Source of the DNA: Raja brachyura | Taxonomy: Eukaryota | Reading direction: 5' to 3' | NCBI GenBank assembly: GCA_963514005.1 | Contig: OY740785.1 | Location: forward strand, 62,744,001 to 62,808,000 | Length of the DNA stretch: 64,000 nucleotides | In this document: positions 1-12,890 of the stretch, in pieces | Numbering within the stretch: position 1 is the stretch's first letter | Layout of the letters: each line of letters begins with the position of its first letter | Program-made: the position numbers and the translations under genes | Notes under the pieces: generated by a model | Database searches by the model: none | What the model saw: the letters and a program-made list of their open reading frames with translations, nothing else | What the model was told of the DNA's origin: nothing

Positions 1-946
1 ATCCACATATGAAATGTGAGTGAGGGAGGCAAAGTCAGCAGAGCTGTTATCTTGTAGAAAAAAGGAACTGCAGATACAGATTTACCAAGGAAAGACGCAA
101 CATACTGGAGTAACCTAGCGGGCCAGACAGCATCCTGGAGAAGATGGCTAGGGTGACGTTTCGAATCGGGACCCTTCTTTAGAGCTATATCACAGCTTAA
201 TTGACCTGGGTTCAATCTTGACCTTTCTGTAGAGTTTGCATGTTTCATTCTGACCATCTGTGTGCTTCAGTTTTCCCTTAGTGCTGGACGGTAGGAAGTT
301 AGCCCCTTTAAAATGCCCTACTTGGAGAGTGATAGAATCTGGTGGGGAGTTGATGGAAATGTGATAGGAATGGGTTTGCTCTGTGAGTTAGCTCTGCTGC
401 CTACAATAGCCTCCTTTAGAACCGTTATTGAGCATAAGATCTCCTTGTTGCTAGTCAGGGAACTGAAAATGGCCTTTAACTAACCCACTACTCCATATTT
501 AAAAAAAATCAAAAGCAAACAGTCATAGAGTCAGAGAATCATATAGCATGGAAACAGACCCTTCTGTCCCCTGTGTCCCTGCTGGCTCATTATACTAATC
601 CCCATTTCCAGCACTCAGCGTATAGCCTGGTATATCAAGGCACTTCAAATGCTCCTCTAAGTTTCTTAAATGGTGGAAGAGCACTTGTCCCCACAGGCAC
701 CGTGTTCCATATTCCTGCGTGTTCCGGATTCCAGAAATGAGAAATTCTTCCTCAAATCCCATCTGAATTCTGCATCCCTTACAAAGGGGAAAGTTTCCCC
801 TTACATACTCTATCTTTGTCCCTCATAATTTTGTAAACCTCACTCAGGTCCTCTCTCTGCCTCCTTTTTTACCAGGGAAGAAAAATCAGACTGTCCAGGC
901 TCTCCTCAGAGCCGAATGATCTATCCCAGGGAACATACTGGTGAAC

Positions 947-1886
947 ACCAGGTCATCACAAATGTCCTAATTCTTCAGAGAATGTGGATTCCCCTCCCCC
1001 ACTATAGATGAGGCTCGCACCAGGGTCTCCTCCATACCCCGCAACACTGCCCTCTCTCCCCATTCCCCCACTCGCAACAAGGGCAGAGTCCCCCTAGTTC
1101 TCACCTTTCACCCCACCAGCCGACACATACAACACATAGTCCTCCGCCAGTTTCGCCACCTCCAACGTGACCCCACCACTCGCCACATCTTACCATCTCC
1201 CCCCCATCTGCCTTCCGCAAAGACCGCTCCTTCCGCAACTCCCTTGTTAATTCTACCCTTCCCTCCCGCTCCACTCCTTACCTGGGCACTTTCCCTTGCA
1301 ACCGCAAGAGATGCGACACTTGTCCCTTTACCTCCCCCCTCCACTCCTTTCAGGGACCCAAGCAGTCCTTCCTGGTCAGACAGAGGTTCACCTGCACCTC
1401 CTCCAACCTCATCTACTGCATCCGCTGCTCTAGATGCCAACTGATCTATATCGGTGAGACCAAGCGGAGGCTTGGCGATCGTTTCGCCGAACACCTCTGC
1501 TCGGTCCGCAATAACCAACCCGACCTCCCGGTGGCTCAGCGCTTCAACACCTCCTCTCATTCCGTATCTGACCTCTCTGTCCTGGGCCTCCTCCACGGCC
1601 AGAGCAAGCAAAACCGCAAATTGGAGGAACAGCACCTCATATTCCGCTTGGGGAGTCTGCATCCTCTGGGCTTAAACATTGAATTTTCTCAATTCTGTTA
1701 GCCCTTGCTGTCTCCTCCCATTTCCTCGGGCTCCTCCTCCTCCTTTTCCCTTTCTTCTCCTCCCCCCCCCCCCCCCCCCCCACCTCCCATCAGTCTGAAG
1801 AAGGGGTTTGGCCCAAAACATTGCCTTTCTCCTTTGCTCCTTAGATGCTGCTGCACCTGCTGAGTTTCTCCAGCCTTTTGTGTATC
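947..1886 (+). mobile_element. Penelope-like element 3' fragment (GIY-YIG endonuclease and terminal repeat) inserted in a CR1 relic
   Basis: Plus frame reads TCTSSNLIYCIRCSRCQLIYIGETKRRLGDRFAEH; candidate TSD ctggtgaac at 938-946 and 1887-1895. Confidence 0.88.
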
Positions 1887-1989
1887 CTGGTGAACCTCCT
1901 GTCCACCAGAACTACACTCGATACTGCAGATGTTGCCTAACTAATAAAATTGAAAAGAAAGCTAGAATTACTTGAAATTTGTTTTGCTG

Positions 1990-2270
1990 ATAGCAGACTG
2001 GGTAGCTGAGACACACGGTCCAGGAGGCCCCCTGGTTCGATTCCCAGACAGCACTGAGTTGGCTGCTTTCTGCCTCTAAAGGTCTTAGGATTACTACAAA
2101 AGGCTTCTGTGTCCCATGGCTAGAAAGGGAAACATCAGTCGGGGTCCTCTCTCCCACTGCTGAATAATCTGTCAACACTCACTGACTCGGATTACCAGTA
2201 TAAATGATCCATGGGCGATTTGTGCCCAAGGAACAGTACCTCAGAGTGGGTTGGTAACCCCAGGAAAGAA
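1990..2270 (+). mobile_element. Old tRNA-derived SINE relic
   Basis: Pol III B box GGTTCGATTCC at 2034-2044; no tRNA cloverleaf. Confidence 0.45.
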
Positions 2271-2645
2271 AAATATTTGCCAGAATACTGTGTACCTGAT
2301 GATTTTGAAATTAAAATCTCAGAATGGTCGTCAATGTTTGAACAATTTAATACTTTTTTACAAGACTCAGTTTATTATAATTAATGCAAGAGAACCAGAT
2401 GATTGAGGTGATGGATGGATTGAAATATGAATGGTAATTATATAAATTGACCATGTTCTCACTACAAAATTGACTGAGACCTGGTGTCGGGATTCTATTC
2501 GGAAATGTCTTTAAAAAAAAAGATGGTGGTTGAACTTTGGTTGAAGAATTGCAGAAGTAGGTTGCTGCACTTCTCCATGCTCTTGGAAAGAGCTATCCCA
2601 TGAGTCTTATTAGCATGTCCTTTCTGCAACTTTTTTTTCCTTCAA

Positions 2646-2962
2646 GTTTAGTTTAGTTTAGAGATACAGTGCGGAAATAGACCCGTCAGCCGACTGAGTC
2701 TGCACTGACCAGTGATCCCCGCACATTAACACTATCCTTCATACACTAGGGACAATTTACACTTATACCAAGTCAATTAAACTACAAACCTGTACGTCTT
2801 TGGAGTGGAAGAAAGCCGAAGATCTCGGAAAAAATCCACGCATGTCACGGGGAGAGCATGCAAATGCCGTACAGACAGCACTCATAGTCAGGATCGAACC
2901 CGGGTCTCTGGTGCTGCAAGCGCTGTAAGGCAGCAACTCTACCGTCGTGCCACATGCCGCCC
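2646..2962 (-). mobile_element. tRNA-derived V-SINE (HE1-like)
   Basis: Minus-strand A box (GTGGCACGACGG), B box GGTTCGATCC, V-domain-like core, (CTAAA)n tail. Confidence 0.85.
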
Positions 2963-5689
2963 TAAGTATTGTTGCAATTGTCTCCTAAGGTTATTATTGA
3001 ATCAGGTTCCACAATCCTTTCAGTACTTTCCAGATCATAACAACTTCTAAACATTAAACAAAAAAAACATATCTTACCTCTGGTTCTTTTATGCTGAATT
3101 TGTAATCTCTGGTTACTGATCCTTCTGCCCTGGAAACGATTTCTTGTTATTTACCTTAAAGATGTTTGAACAGATGTATTAGATCGCTTAATCTTCTCTC
3201 AGAAAATGTGAGCATTGTATTAGGTTTATCCGTAAAACTAAGTTTTTCATCACTGCCGCTATTTTTGTATATTAGCTGTGCACCCTCTTTAAGGCTGTGA
3301 CATCACTCCTAAGTTGTGCTACTCTGGATGAAAACAATATTCATTCAATTTCTAAAGTTTTTATTTTTGCTTTTAACTCCATTCTCTGGTTATAAAATTA
3401 TGGATTCTGTGGATATTCAACAGCTTTCTCAATTGGTACCGTGTCTTCACAAATCTGTGCAAGAACCCACCAAACATCTCAGCTCATGGAGCCCCTGTAA
3501 AATTGCAGTATTTAGTTTAAATTACTTCAGCTTTCTTCTTAAAAGATACACCACTTCACACTTAACCTACAAACAATCTCCCCCTCCCTCCCCTTTTTTA
3601 AATTTAAATTTATTTTTTTTATTTCTTGGGATAATTTGCCGATGTTTCTCTGGTAGCAAGCATGGTAATGATATACAATTATTGCCTTGCAGCTTCCATT
3701 ATGCATCACCCACATACTACTTGCACTGGGCCTCTTCTGCAACCCCGTCCCTCCCCCCCCCCCAATCTCATCTGCCCACTCCAACCTCTCATTCGGCCCC
3801 ATACTCCACCATCATATCTCAATAGATTAAATCATATGCTGCTCCTGATTATCTAGACTATCATGCCCCAGGCTCAGTTGCTATCTCACTGCCTTCTCCC
3901 CTACCTGACTCCATTAATCCATCCCTCACTTGGATTCACCTATATTGTGTGCCAACTCTTGGCCCACCCCCTCCTCTTTATACTGGTTATCTCCCCTTCA
4001 TAATGTTCAGATCAAGGGTCTTGACTCGAAATGTCAACTATCCATTTCCTTGCCTCACCCATTAAATTCTTCCAGCAGATTGTTTTATGCTCAGGATTCC
4101 AGCATCTGCAGTCTCTTGTGTAATCAATCTGCTCTTACTGTTTATAAGGTCTTCTGCTGGCTGTGAGACCTTGTAAGATTACCTTCTATGTTTTCAAGCC
4201 AGATGGTGGCAGCTTCAGCGCAGCTGTTCATATTGCCATTTTGGAGTAGAATGAGACTTTAATACAATGAAAGAGAAATATGAGAAAGAATAAAATCTTT
4301 GCTGATGCAAGGTCTCTATTTTAGCACTGGATTAATAATATTGGCTAAATACAAATCAAAAACAATCTACCATTGCAAGTCAACAATTCACAATAATATG
4401 CATTTACAGCCTCTTGAGACAAAAACCTCTAAAGCAGAATCATAAATATATACATTACATTTTTCATTCAGTAAAGAGAGAACTTTTGAAATACTTGAAG
4501 ATTAAATCCAGATGCTTCTTAAAGTTTAAGGCTATGTTCTTTTAAATCACAAGTAATTGAAAAAATGAAAAAGGAACTTCAGTTTTGTCAAATTATCCCA
4601 GCAGTACAGATTAAAAACTAGGTCAAATTTTAATTCAGAAAATATGTTTTGGAGTACAACTACATTACAAATATTCATTTCACAACATTTATCAAATACA
4701 ATCAGGCATGATGTACTTAAATTTCTGTTTTGACAATTGACTAGTTACGATAGCATATTGAAAGCATACAGTTTCTGATGTTTATTCGACAAGTTTTTAC
4801 TAGGTAGTTGACTGCTGTACTTAGACCACCCTGAAGTATGGAGTACCAAGTTTGGAAGGAAACAGAGCAATCCTTAATTGACGAGAAAACAATCCATTGT
4901 TATTTACTTGACAAACAGGGTTAGCACTACTTAAAGTCTACTGTCTAAACATTATTTATTACAATTCAAAATAGTTTGCTTGTAAAGCTAAACACATTTT
5001 CTTTATAACTATTTATATATCAGGAAGGTTCCCATGCTGTATTTTTTCTTGATTGGGAATCATTCGTGTGTAGGGTTAGTAACAGACTAAATGAAATAGT
5101 ATAGGCATTTTATCATCATTATTAGATGCAGTCTTATAACACCACTTAATATTTTATTCAACATGGAAATCTCACATACTTGAGAATTTATGAGGAAACT
5201 AACTTTCTACTGATCTAATTGATGATGTTGATTTGTGACAAGTACCAAACTAAAAACTACCAGCATCATAGGTAAGGCAGAGAATGATTCAGACACTGAT
5301 TGATTATGATTAGTCATAGATAGTGATCAGGAGAGAATAGATATTGGACATGCAAAAGGGTACACTGATGTCCAGTCTTTTATTCTGGGTATTTCACCTT
5401 CCAAATTTCACCTTCCAGTTTCCGAATGCTTGAATTTCATTAATGCATCTAGTTTGTCTTAAGTAATTGCTGAAAGCTTATTCATAATAAGCCAAGAAAG
5501 CTTGTTCACAATAAGCCAAGCACAAATTTGAATAACTTTGAGATGAGTAAACATTTTTGTTTACTTCATACTATTTTATAATCTTAGTGATAGGACTATC
5601 CTATGTTTTGTTCCTACACAATTATGGACCAAAAATTCATTTGTATATGAAAATATGCATCAAAGCCGTGAGCAATGTTGTATAAATTC

Positions 5690-5950
5690 TTGCCATAGAG
5701 GGGGTTCAGAGAAGGTTCACCAGACTGATTCCTGGGATGTCGGGACTTTCATATGAAGAAAGACTGGATAGGCTCGGCTTGTACTCACAGGAATTTAGAA
5801 GATTGAGGGGGGAACTTATAGAAACTTACAAAATTCTTAAGGGGTAGGACAAGCTAGATGCAGGAAGATTGTTCCCGATGTTGGGGAAGTCCAGAACAAG
5901 GGGTCACAGTCTAAGCATAAGGGGGAATTCCTTTAGGATCGAGATGAGAA
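5690..5950 (+). mobile_element. CR1 RT C-terminal fragment
   Basis: LAIEGVQRRFTRLIPGMSGLSYEERLDRLGLYS. Confidence 0.85.
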
Positions 5951-6079
5951 AAGAGCACAGAACATGAGAAACTTTGATTCCGCTGTGTGGGGATGTCTAT
6001 ATTAAAGACTATCATGTTCTGTGCTCTTTTTTATTCGTATGGCTATATGGTGTATATATACGTATATATGGTGACCACA

Positions 6080-6600
6080 TATATCGTCAAGTTAAGTTTA
6101 TTTGTCACATGCGCATACGTGATGTGCAGTGAAATGAAAAGTGGCAATGCTTGCGGATTGTGCAAAACCCCCCCAAAAAACTACAAAACAGAATAGGACA
6201 GAATCAGTAATTACATATTTGTGAGAAAACAAACAAAAAAAACCCCAGCTATTTTATAAAGACACAACACAACAGTAAATTGGTACAGTTAGTACATTTG
6301 GTACAGTTGGTACTGGTGAGATAAGAGTTTACAGTCCTAATGGCCTTTGGGAAACTCCTTCTCATCCTCTCTAGTATCACAGCATCAAACCGTTTGCCTG
6401 ACCGTAGCAGCTGGAACAGTCTGTTGCTGGGGTGGAAGGGGCCACTAATAATGTTGCTGGCTCTGGATCTGCACCTTCTGATGTATAGTTCCTGCAGAGG
6501 GGCGAGTGTAGTTCCCATAGTGCGTTCAGCCAAACGCACTACTCTCTGCAGAGCCTTCTTGTCCTGGGCAGAGCAGTTCCCAAAGCAATTGGTACACGTG
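6080..6600 (-). mobile_element. Rex1/Babar-type LINE 3' fragment
   Basis: HPSNRLFQLLRSGKRF C-terminal motif in ORF 6249..6539. Confidence 0.75.
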
Positions 6601-6971
6601 ACAATAAATATCTCTTATCTTGTCTCTCGTCTTGTCTTCTTTATTGCTTGTTAATAAAGCGCAAGTGAAATGAATTTGTCAGCAGCGGTACAATGAAAAA
6701 GAACACACAAAAACACAATAAATGTTTTAACACAAACATCCACCACAGCATTCATCCCTGTGGTGGAAGGCACAAAATTTGGCCAGTCCTCCTCCATTTT
6801 CCCCTGTGGTCGGAACTTCAACCCTCCGCAGCTGCCGCTGCGGGCGTCCAGTTCAGACAAGGCAAAGTCCAGGGAAGCCCTGAATCGGTGCTTCCCCACC
6901 GGAGACCGTGGTCAAAGATTTAAAGTTCCCGCCGCGCCGCAGCCAGAAGCACCGCAAAAGTCCCCAAAACA

Positions 6972-7356
6972 AGCATAAGCTAAAGATGGCCGCAATACAG
7001 GCCTGGCAGAGCATCACCAGAGAAGACACCCAGCAACTGGTGATGTCCATGAATCGTAGACTTTTAATAGTCATTGCGTGCAAAGGATATGTAACAAAAT
7101 ACTAATCATGACTACTTTCATTTACATGACATTGCTGTGTCCCAAACTTTATGGTGCCCTGAAATGGGGGGGACTATGTATAAACACTGTTGTAATTTCC
7201 ACATGAATCAAAATGCATAAAAATGGCCTTTATTAAAGTCTGACAATGTGCACTTTAACCACATGTGATTTTTTCTATTACAAATCACAAATTGTGGAGT
7301 ACAGAGGCAAATAAATAAATGATAGGTCTTTGTCCCAAATGTTATGGAAGGCACTG
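6972..7356 (+). mobile_element. Tc1 transposon 3' end (transposase C-terminus and right TIR)
   Basis: LKMAAIQAWQSITREDTQQLVMSMNRRLLIVIACKGYVTKY*; ends ggcactg|ta. Confidence 0.88.
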
Positions 7357-8604
7357 TAGTTTGAGGGCATGTAGGAATTATCACTGCACATTAGGGCAGA
7401 TGACTTGAAGATATTTCAGTGGTGCTGTCAAACATTAAGCACCTCGGATGCCCAATAGGATGTCACATCTTCAGAGGTGCATTCCCTGAACAAGGCTTGT
7501 GGAGGTTGTAACATATCTTCTCATTAAAACATTTATAACAATGTGTAAAACATGCATTGCACATCGTTTTAAAGAAGGAACTGCGGATGCTGGAGAATCG
7601 AGGGTTACACACTTCAGAAGAAGGGTCTCGACCCGAAACGTCGCCTATCTCCTTCGCTACTTAGATGCTGCTGCACCCGCTGAGTTTCTCCAGCTTTTTG
7701 TGTAACACCCATGCCTTGCACATCAACTGACATTACTGAATCTGTGTGTTTCATTACTCTACATGCACAATGAAAAATATATCTGATTGATAAGGCTAAG
7801 AGGATGCGAGAATGTAGGTTCATACTCACCTCCCACATTTTGGGTTCGACCGAAGTGCTTGGAAGTGAATGAAGAGGTGTGAATATAAGAAGTTGCTAAT
7901 AATCTCATGTAGTCATGGTGGCGAAAGACAAAGCGGTCGCCCAATCTTTAATACCTTGAATTACCTGGTCATGTAACCATCAAAAACATATTTTTCTTAA
8001 AGAGAGTAGAAGGCTAAAAGCAAAATGCATCAAAAACGTAAGTTATTAATAGGTAAAAAACAGAAAATTGAAAACCAGCGCACCAACAGTATATTACTGT
8101 TTGCAACGGAGCAAAAATAATAAGGAAGTGCAGCTCCAGGGACATTGGCCGGGAATTTGTTCGTAATTGCCACGGGTTTCACATGGAACTGTCAGCACAT
8201 CTCAGGATCAATTCTCGGTTGAACACAAAAGTACTATAACTGGTTGGCTGAGCTTCATTTGAATTTTTCTACCTGTGTTTTGACATTGGACTGCACACCA
8301 AATCCATTTATGGAGCAATTCCCGTGGAGATATGCTGGAATCATACCCCAGAATCTGCACCAGGCGAGAATTGGCTCAGGAACAGAATCCATTCATTTGA
8401 AAAAAGGAGATATGGGTAAAGAGAAAGTAAATATTTATTTATTTTATTTAGTTAATTTTATTGATTCACATAATTTGAATGCATTTAAAAATCCTTAATG
8501 TTTTAATTATTTAATTGAATCTGGATTGTTTTTAAAATGCTTCTGAACATCAGTGATACTCAAGATGTTCCTTGCACAGACAGGTTGACAGCCAGCAAAG
8601 CTTA

Positions 8605-9329
8605 AAGGGCCTGTCCCACTTAGGCGACTTTTCAGGAACTGTCTTCGACCTTCAAGCTCGAGGGCACTTGCCTGAAAAACCTCGAGCGATGAAACCGCGA
8701 GCTGGATCAACTGTCAACACACACACACACATCGCAAAGGCGGGGAGCCAGGGAAAGCGGGGGAGCGCTGTCTGAAATTCACACCCGCGATGAACAGGAA
8801 GGTAAAAGACGGCTGGCACAATGTACGGTGAGTTCTTTAGAGAGCGGTGGGGGGGGGGGGGGGGGAGAGAGAGGGGGAGAGAGGGGGAGAAAAGGGGAGA
8901 AAAGGGGCAGTGAAGGAGTGGATACAGTTTTAAGAAGCCAGACAACTTATAATAAAGTTTAGCATGCATTTAACATTATCGGTCGGTTTTCCCTGGTTCT
9001 GAAAACTGCAATGAGCCAATTAAAATGCCCGGTCAGCAAAGGAGATTGCCTACGGCTGCCCTCGACTGCCTGTAACTACATAGCAACCCCACTCCATTGC
9101 ACAACGAGTTCAAAAGAACCATGCAGACCAAGTTTTAATCGCCAAAAAATTTTCAGCATGCTGAAAATGTTTCCATGACCAAACTGAGGCCGCAAGTATG
9201 CGGGAACTTCCCTCAAGCATGAAGGAGAGTTCCAGTGACCTCCTAGGACCACGTGTCGACCATGCTGCGAGTTTGAGTCGAGCGCAAACTCTTCTAAACC
9301 CACAAATTAGGTCGCCTCAGTGGGACAGG
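8605..9329. mobile_element. MITE, TIR GGGCCTGTCCCACT (PIF/Harbinger-like, tentative)
   Basis: cctgtcccacttaggcgac ... gtcgcctcagtgggacagg. Confidence 0.8.
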
Positions 9330-9529
9330 TGAGTTTCACCAATGACAAAGTCAGCTAACCAATTGAATTCAAAAATTGGTTTGGAAGGAGTCAAAAGGTA
9401 ATTGTGCAGCAGTCAAAAGAATGGTTTCAACCCAAAACATCACCTATCCATTTTCTCCAGAGATGCTGCCTGTTCCACTGAGTTACTCCAGCAATTTGTG
9501 TATATCTTCGGAAGTTATGGAGGATTGGT

Positions 9530-10935
9530 TGTTCAGATTGGAGGCCAGTGGAGTGAAACAGGGGTTAGTGCTGGGTCCACTATTGTTTGTTGTCTTCATT
9601 AACTATTGGGATGACAATACAGTTAACATTGTTGGTAAATTTGCTGATGACAGCTAAATTAGTGGAAGAGTGGACCGTAAGTTTACAAAAGGATCTAGAT
9701 CTGTTGGGAAGATTATGGCATCATGATGCGACTATACAAGATGTTGAGGGGACCACACTGATGTAATTTCCTAGTCACTGACTTATAGGAAGTATGTCAT
9801 TAAGTTGGAAAGGGTGCAGGAAAGATACATCAGGATGTTACACAGACTTGTGATATTGGTTTATAGGCAGAAGTTGGATAGGCTGGGGCCTTTGGGTTTG
9901 GAGCATAGGAGGCCGAGGGGTGCCTTCTTAATGGGCCTGTCCCACTTAGGCGGTTTTTCAGGCGACTGCTGGCGAATGTCAAGTCGCCGGCAGTCGCATG
10001 AAAAACCGGCGACTGGAAAGGCGACTGTCAGAGTGGAACACATACCCACACATTGCTTCCTTCACCAGCCCGTTATGCAGGCAAGGGACAGGACACACAG
10101 CGGGAGCACTGTCTGAGTGAAGTTCACACGGTGCAAAGCCAATGTGATAGACACAGGAAGGTTAGCACTGTAATCAAGGGAAGGGTCACGTAAGTCCTTT
10201 AAAAGAGGGGGGGAGATGGGGGAGAAGGAGTGGAGACAACTTTTAAGAAGCCAGAGATACACGGCTGTGAAGTTCGGCGGACATTAACATTACCAGTCGG
10301 TTATGGTTCTGAAAACTACTGCTTACGTTTTTTCCCCCAATGAGCCAATGAAATTCACCGGTCAGCACCAGCTACAACCTACGAGAACCTACGACAACCT
10401 TCAGCCACCTGGCAACCCACTACCACTGCACCTACTGCACGAGAATTCTCGCTACTCTAGACGGCGGCTTCATCCTGGTCGTCATAATGAGGCCGCAACT
10501 AGTTCCCAGAATGCGGGAACTCCTCACGACCATGAAGGTGACTACCCGGCACCCACCCGCGAACACGTGGCGACCGCATCTTCTCCTGCAGTCGCCTAAA
10601 AAGTTGCCCAAGTGGGACAGGCCCATTAGGCACCTTATTAAGATGTTCAAGATCTTTGGGGCATGGATAAAGTGAACGCTTGGACTTTTCCTCAGGGTAG
10701 AGGAATTTCAAACTAGAGGGCACAGGCTTAATGAGAGGGACTTCAGGGGCACCTTTTTCCACTCAGTGGGTATGCGGTATTTGGAATGCTACCAGAGGAA
10801 GCGTTATAAGTTGATACAATATGGCTTTTAAAAAGACTTGTGGACAGATATATGAATAGGAAGGGGTTAGAAAGCTACGGGTCAAATGAAAGCAAATGGG
10901 ACTAACCCAGAATGTCAACTCAGTCGGCATGGGCT
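9530..10935 (+). mobile_element. Degraded CR1 3' fragment split by a MITE
   Basis: SGVKQGLVLGPLLF...KFADD; ERVQERYIRML; CR1 sequence resumes after 10630. Confidence 0.8.
9931..10626. mobile_element. MITE of the same TIR family, TA-flanked
   Basis: ta|atgggcctgtcccactt ... aagtgggacaggcccat|ta. Confidence 0.9.
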
Positions 10936-11264
10936 GAGATTCCTGAATGATTCAATGCACAGAGTGGTGCATTAAAGGGGGGAAAGTATATGAATGCTTC
11001 GTGCAGGAAGCCACCCTGAAATGGGCAATGGTTTCGATTTTGCCAGTGGTCAGAGTAGAAGGTAAGGAAATCTGAGATACAGCGGAACCCCAGTCTTTGA
11101 CAAATGCCAACTGATGTTAATTAATTCTAACTGCTCTTTGTGGGAGAAACAAACACTAAATGAAGGATGGGCATATGGATTTTGTATCACCAGAAGGTCA
11201 TCCACAGCAAAAGGGAGGTGAGTAGGGAAAAAAGTGATAAGAGAGCAGCACCTTGGCATTGCGG

Positions 11265-12363
11265 TAGAGTTGCTGCCTTAAAACACCAGAGAACTGGGTC
11301 TGATCCTGGCAATGGGTGCTGTCTGTACGGAGTTTGTATGTTCTCCTAGTCAGAGTATAGAAGTGAGATCAACCAAATGGTACCAGCACAACAACCTGGC
11401 TCTCAACACCAGTAAAACAAAGGAACTGATTGTGGACTTTGGAAAGGGAAGGATGAGGACCCACAATCCTGTTTATATAAATGGATCAATGGTGGAAAGG
11501 GTTAAAAAGTTCAAATTCCTGGGCGTGCATATTTCCAAAGATCTTTCCTGGACCCAGCACACTTATGCAATTATAAAGAAGGCACATCAGCGCCTCTACT
11601 TTCTGAGAAGATTACGGAGATTCGGTATGTCAAAGAGGATTCTCTTGAACTTCTACAGGTGCACAGTAGAGAGCATACTGACTGGTTGCATCGTAGCCAT
11701 CGCAACTTGAACGTCCAGGAGCGGAAAAGACTGCAAAAAGTTGTGACCACTGCCCAGTCCATCACTGGCACGACCTCCCCATCATCGAAGGGATTTATCG
11801 AAGTCGCTGCCTCAAAAAGGCAGCCAACATCATCAAAGACCCACACCATCCTGGCCACGCACTCATCTCACCATTGCCATCGGGAAGAAGGTACAGGAGC
11901 CTTAAAACTGTAATGTCCATGTTCAGGAACAGCTTCTTCCCTACAGCCATTAGGCTATTAAACACAACAACAAATAAGCTCTGAACTACAACAGAAATTA
12001 TTATTGCACTATATTTGTTTATTTATTGAGTATGCGTGCATGTGTATATATACACACTGAACTTTTTTTCTCCCAGTATGTACTATGTTTACAATATTCT
12101 GTTGTGCTGCAGCAAGCAAGAATTTCATTGTCCTACCATCTGGGACATATGACAATAAAACACTCTTGACCACGTGTATTTCCTCTGGGTGCTCCGGTTT
12201 CCTCCCACACTCTAAAGACGCACAGGTTTGTAGGTTAATTGGCTTCAGTAAAGATTGTAAATTGTCTCTAGTGTGGGGAATAGTGTTAGTGTATGGGGTG
12301 ATTGCTGGTCGGTACGGACATAATGGGCCAAAAGGCCTTCCACAATGTATCTCTAAACTAAAC
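11265..12363 (+). mobile_element. V-SINE split by a LINE insertion (11265-11347 and 12171-12363)
   Basis: Head gcggtagagttgctgcctta...gtttgtatgttctcc resumes as gggtgctccggtttcctcccacac. Confidence 0.8.
11348..12170 (+). mobile_element. Rex1/Babar-type LINE 3' fragment nested in a V-SINE
   Basis: NLALNTSKTKELIVDF...FKFLGVHIS...AHQRLYFLRRLRRFG...FYRCTVESILTGCI; aataaa then a cttgac tail. Confidence 0.85.
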
Positions 12364-12584
12364 AGTGGTGCTGGAATTATGGAAGGATGACCCAGCAAAT
12401 AAAAAACAAGATAAAGGCAGCAGAAACAAATTATCTTATTCTTGAAGCTCACGATTGAGAACATTAGACTGGTGGGTTCAAAGATTAGAAAAGGAAGTTC
12501 TGTGGTTCTTAACAATAGCATTACATATCAATCAGAAAATTAATGGAGAAAATAGCAAGGGCAATGTAATGTAATAATGTTTCC

Positions 12585-12890
12585 ACTAGTAGGAGAGTCC
12601 AGGACTAGAGGTCATAGCCTTCTATTAGGAAGGAGATGAGGAGAAATGTCTTTAGTCAGAGGGTGGTGAATCTGTGGAATTCTTTGCCACATAAGGTTGT
12701 AGAGGCCAAGTCAGTGGATATTTTTAAGGCAGATATACATAGATTTTTTGATTAGTACAGGTGTCAGGGGTTATAGGGAGAAGGCAGGAGAATGGGGTTA
12801 GGAGGGAGAGGTAGATCAGCCATGATTGAATGGCAGAATAGACTTGATGGGCCGAATGGCCTAATTCTACTCCTATCACATGACCTTATA
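12585..12890 (+). mobile_element. CR1 3' end fragment
   Basis: gggttatagggagaaggcaggagaatgggg...gatgggccgaatggcctaattctactcct tail. Confidence 0.8.

Noticed and set aside
1108-1662. 184-aa minus-strand ORF (also 52618..53106)
   Set aside because: Antisense shadow of the Penelope GIY-YIG/RT region on the plus strand.
2010-2060. tRNA gene
   Set aside because: Only a B box is present; no acceptor or anticodon stems, consistent with a SINE head.
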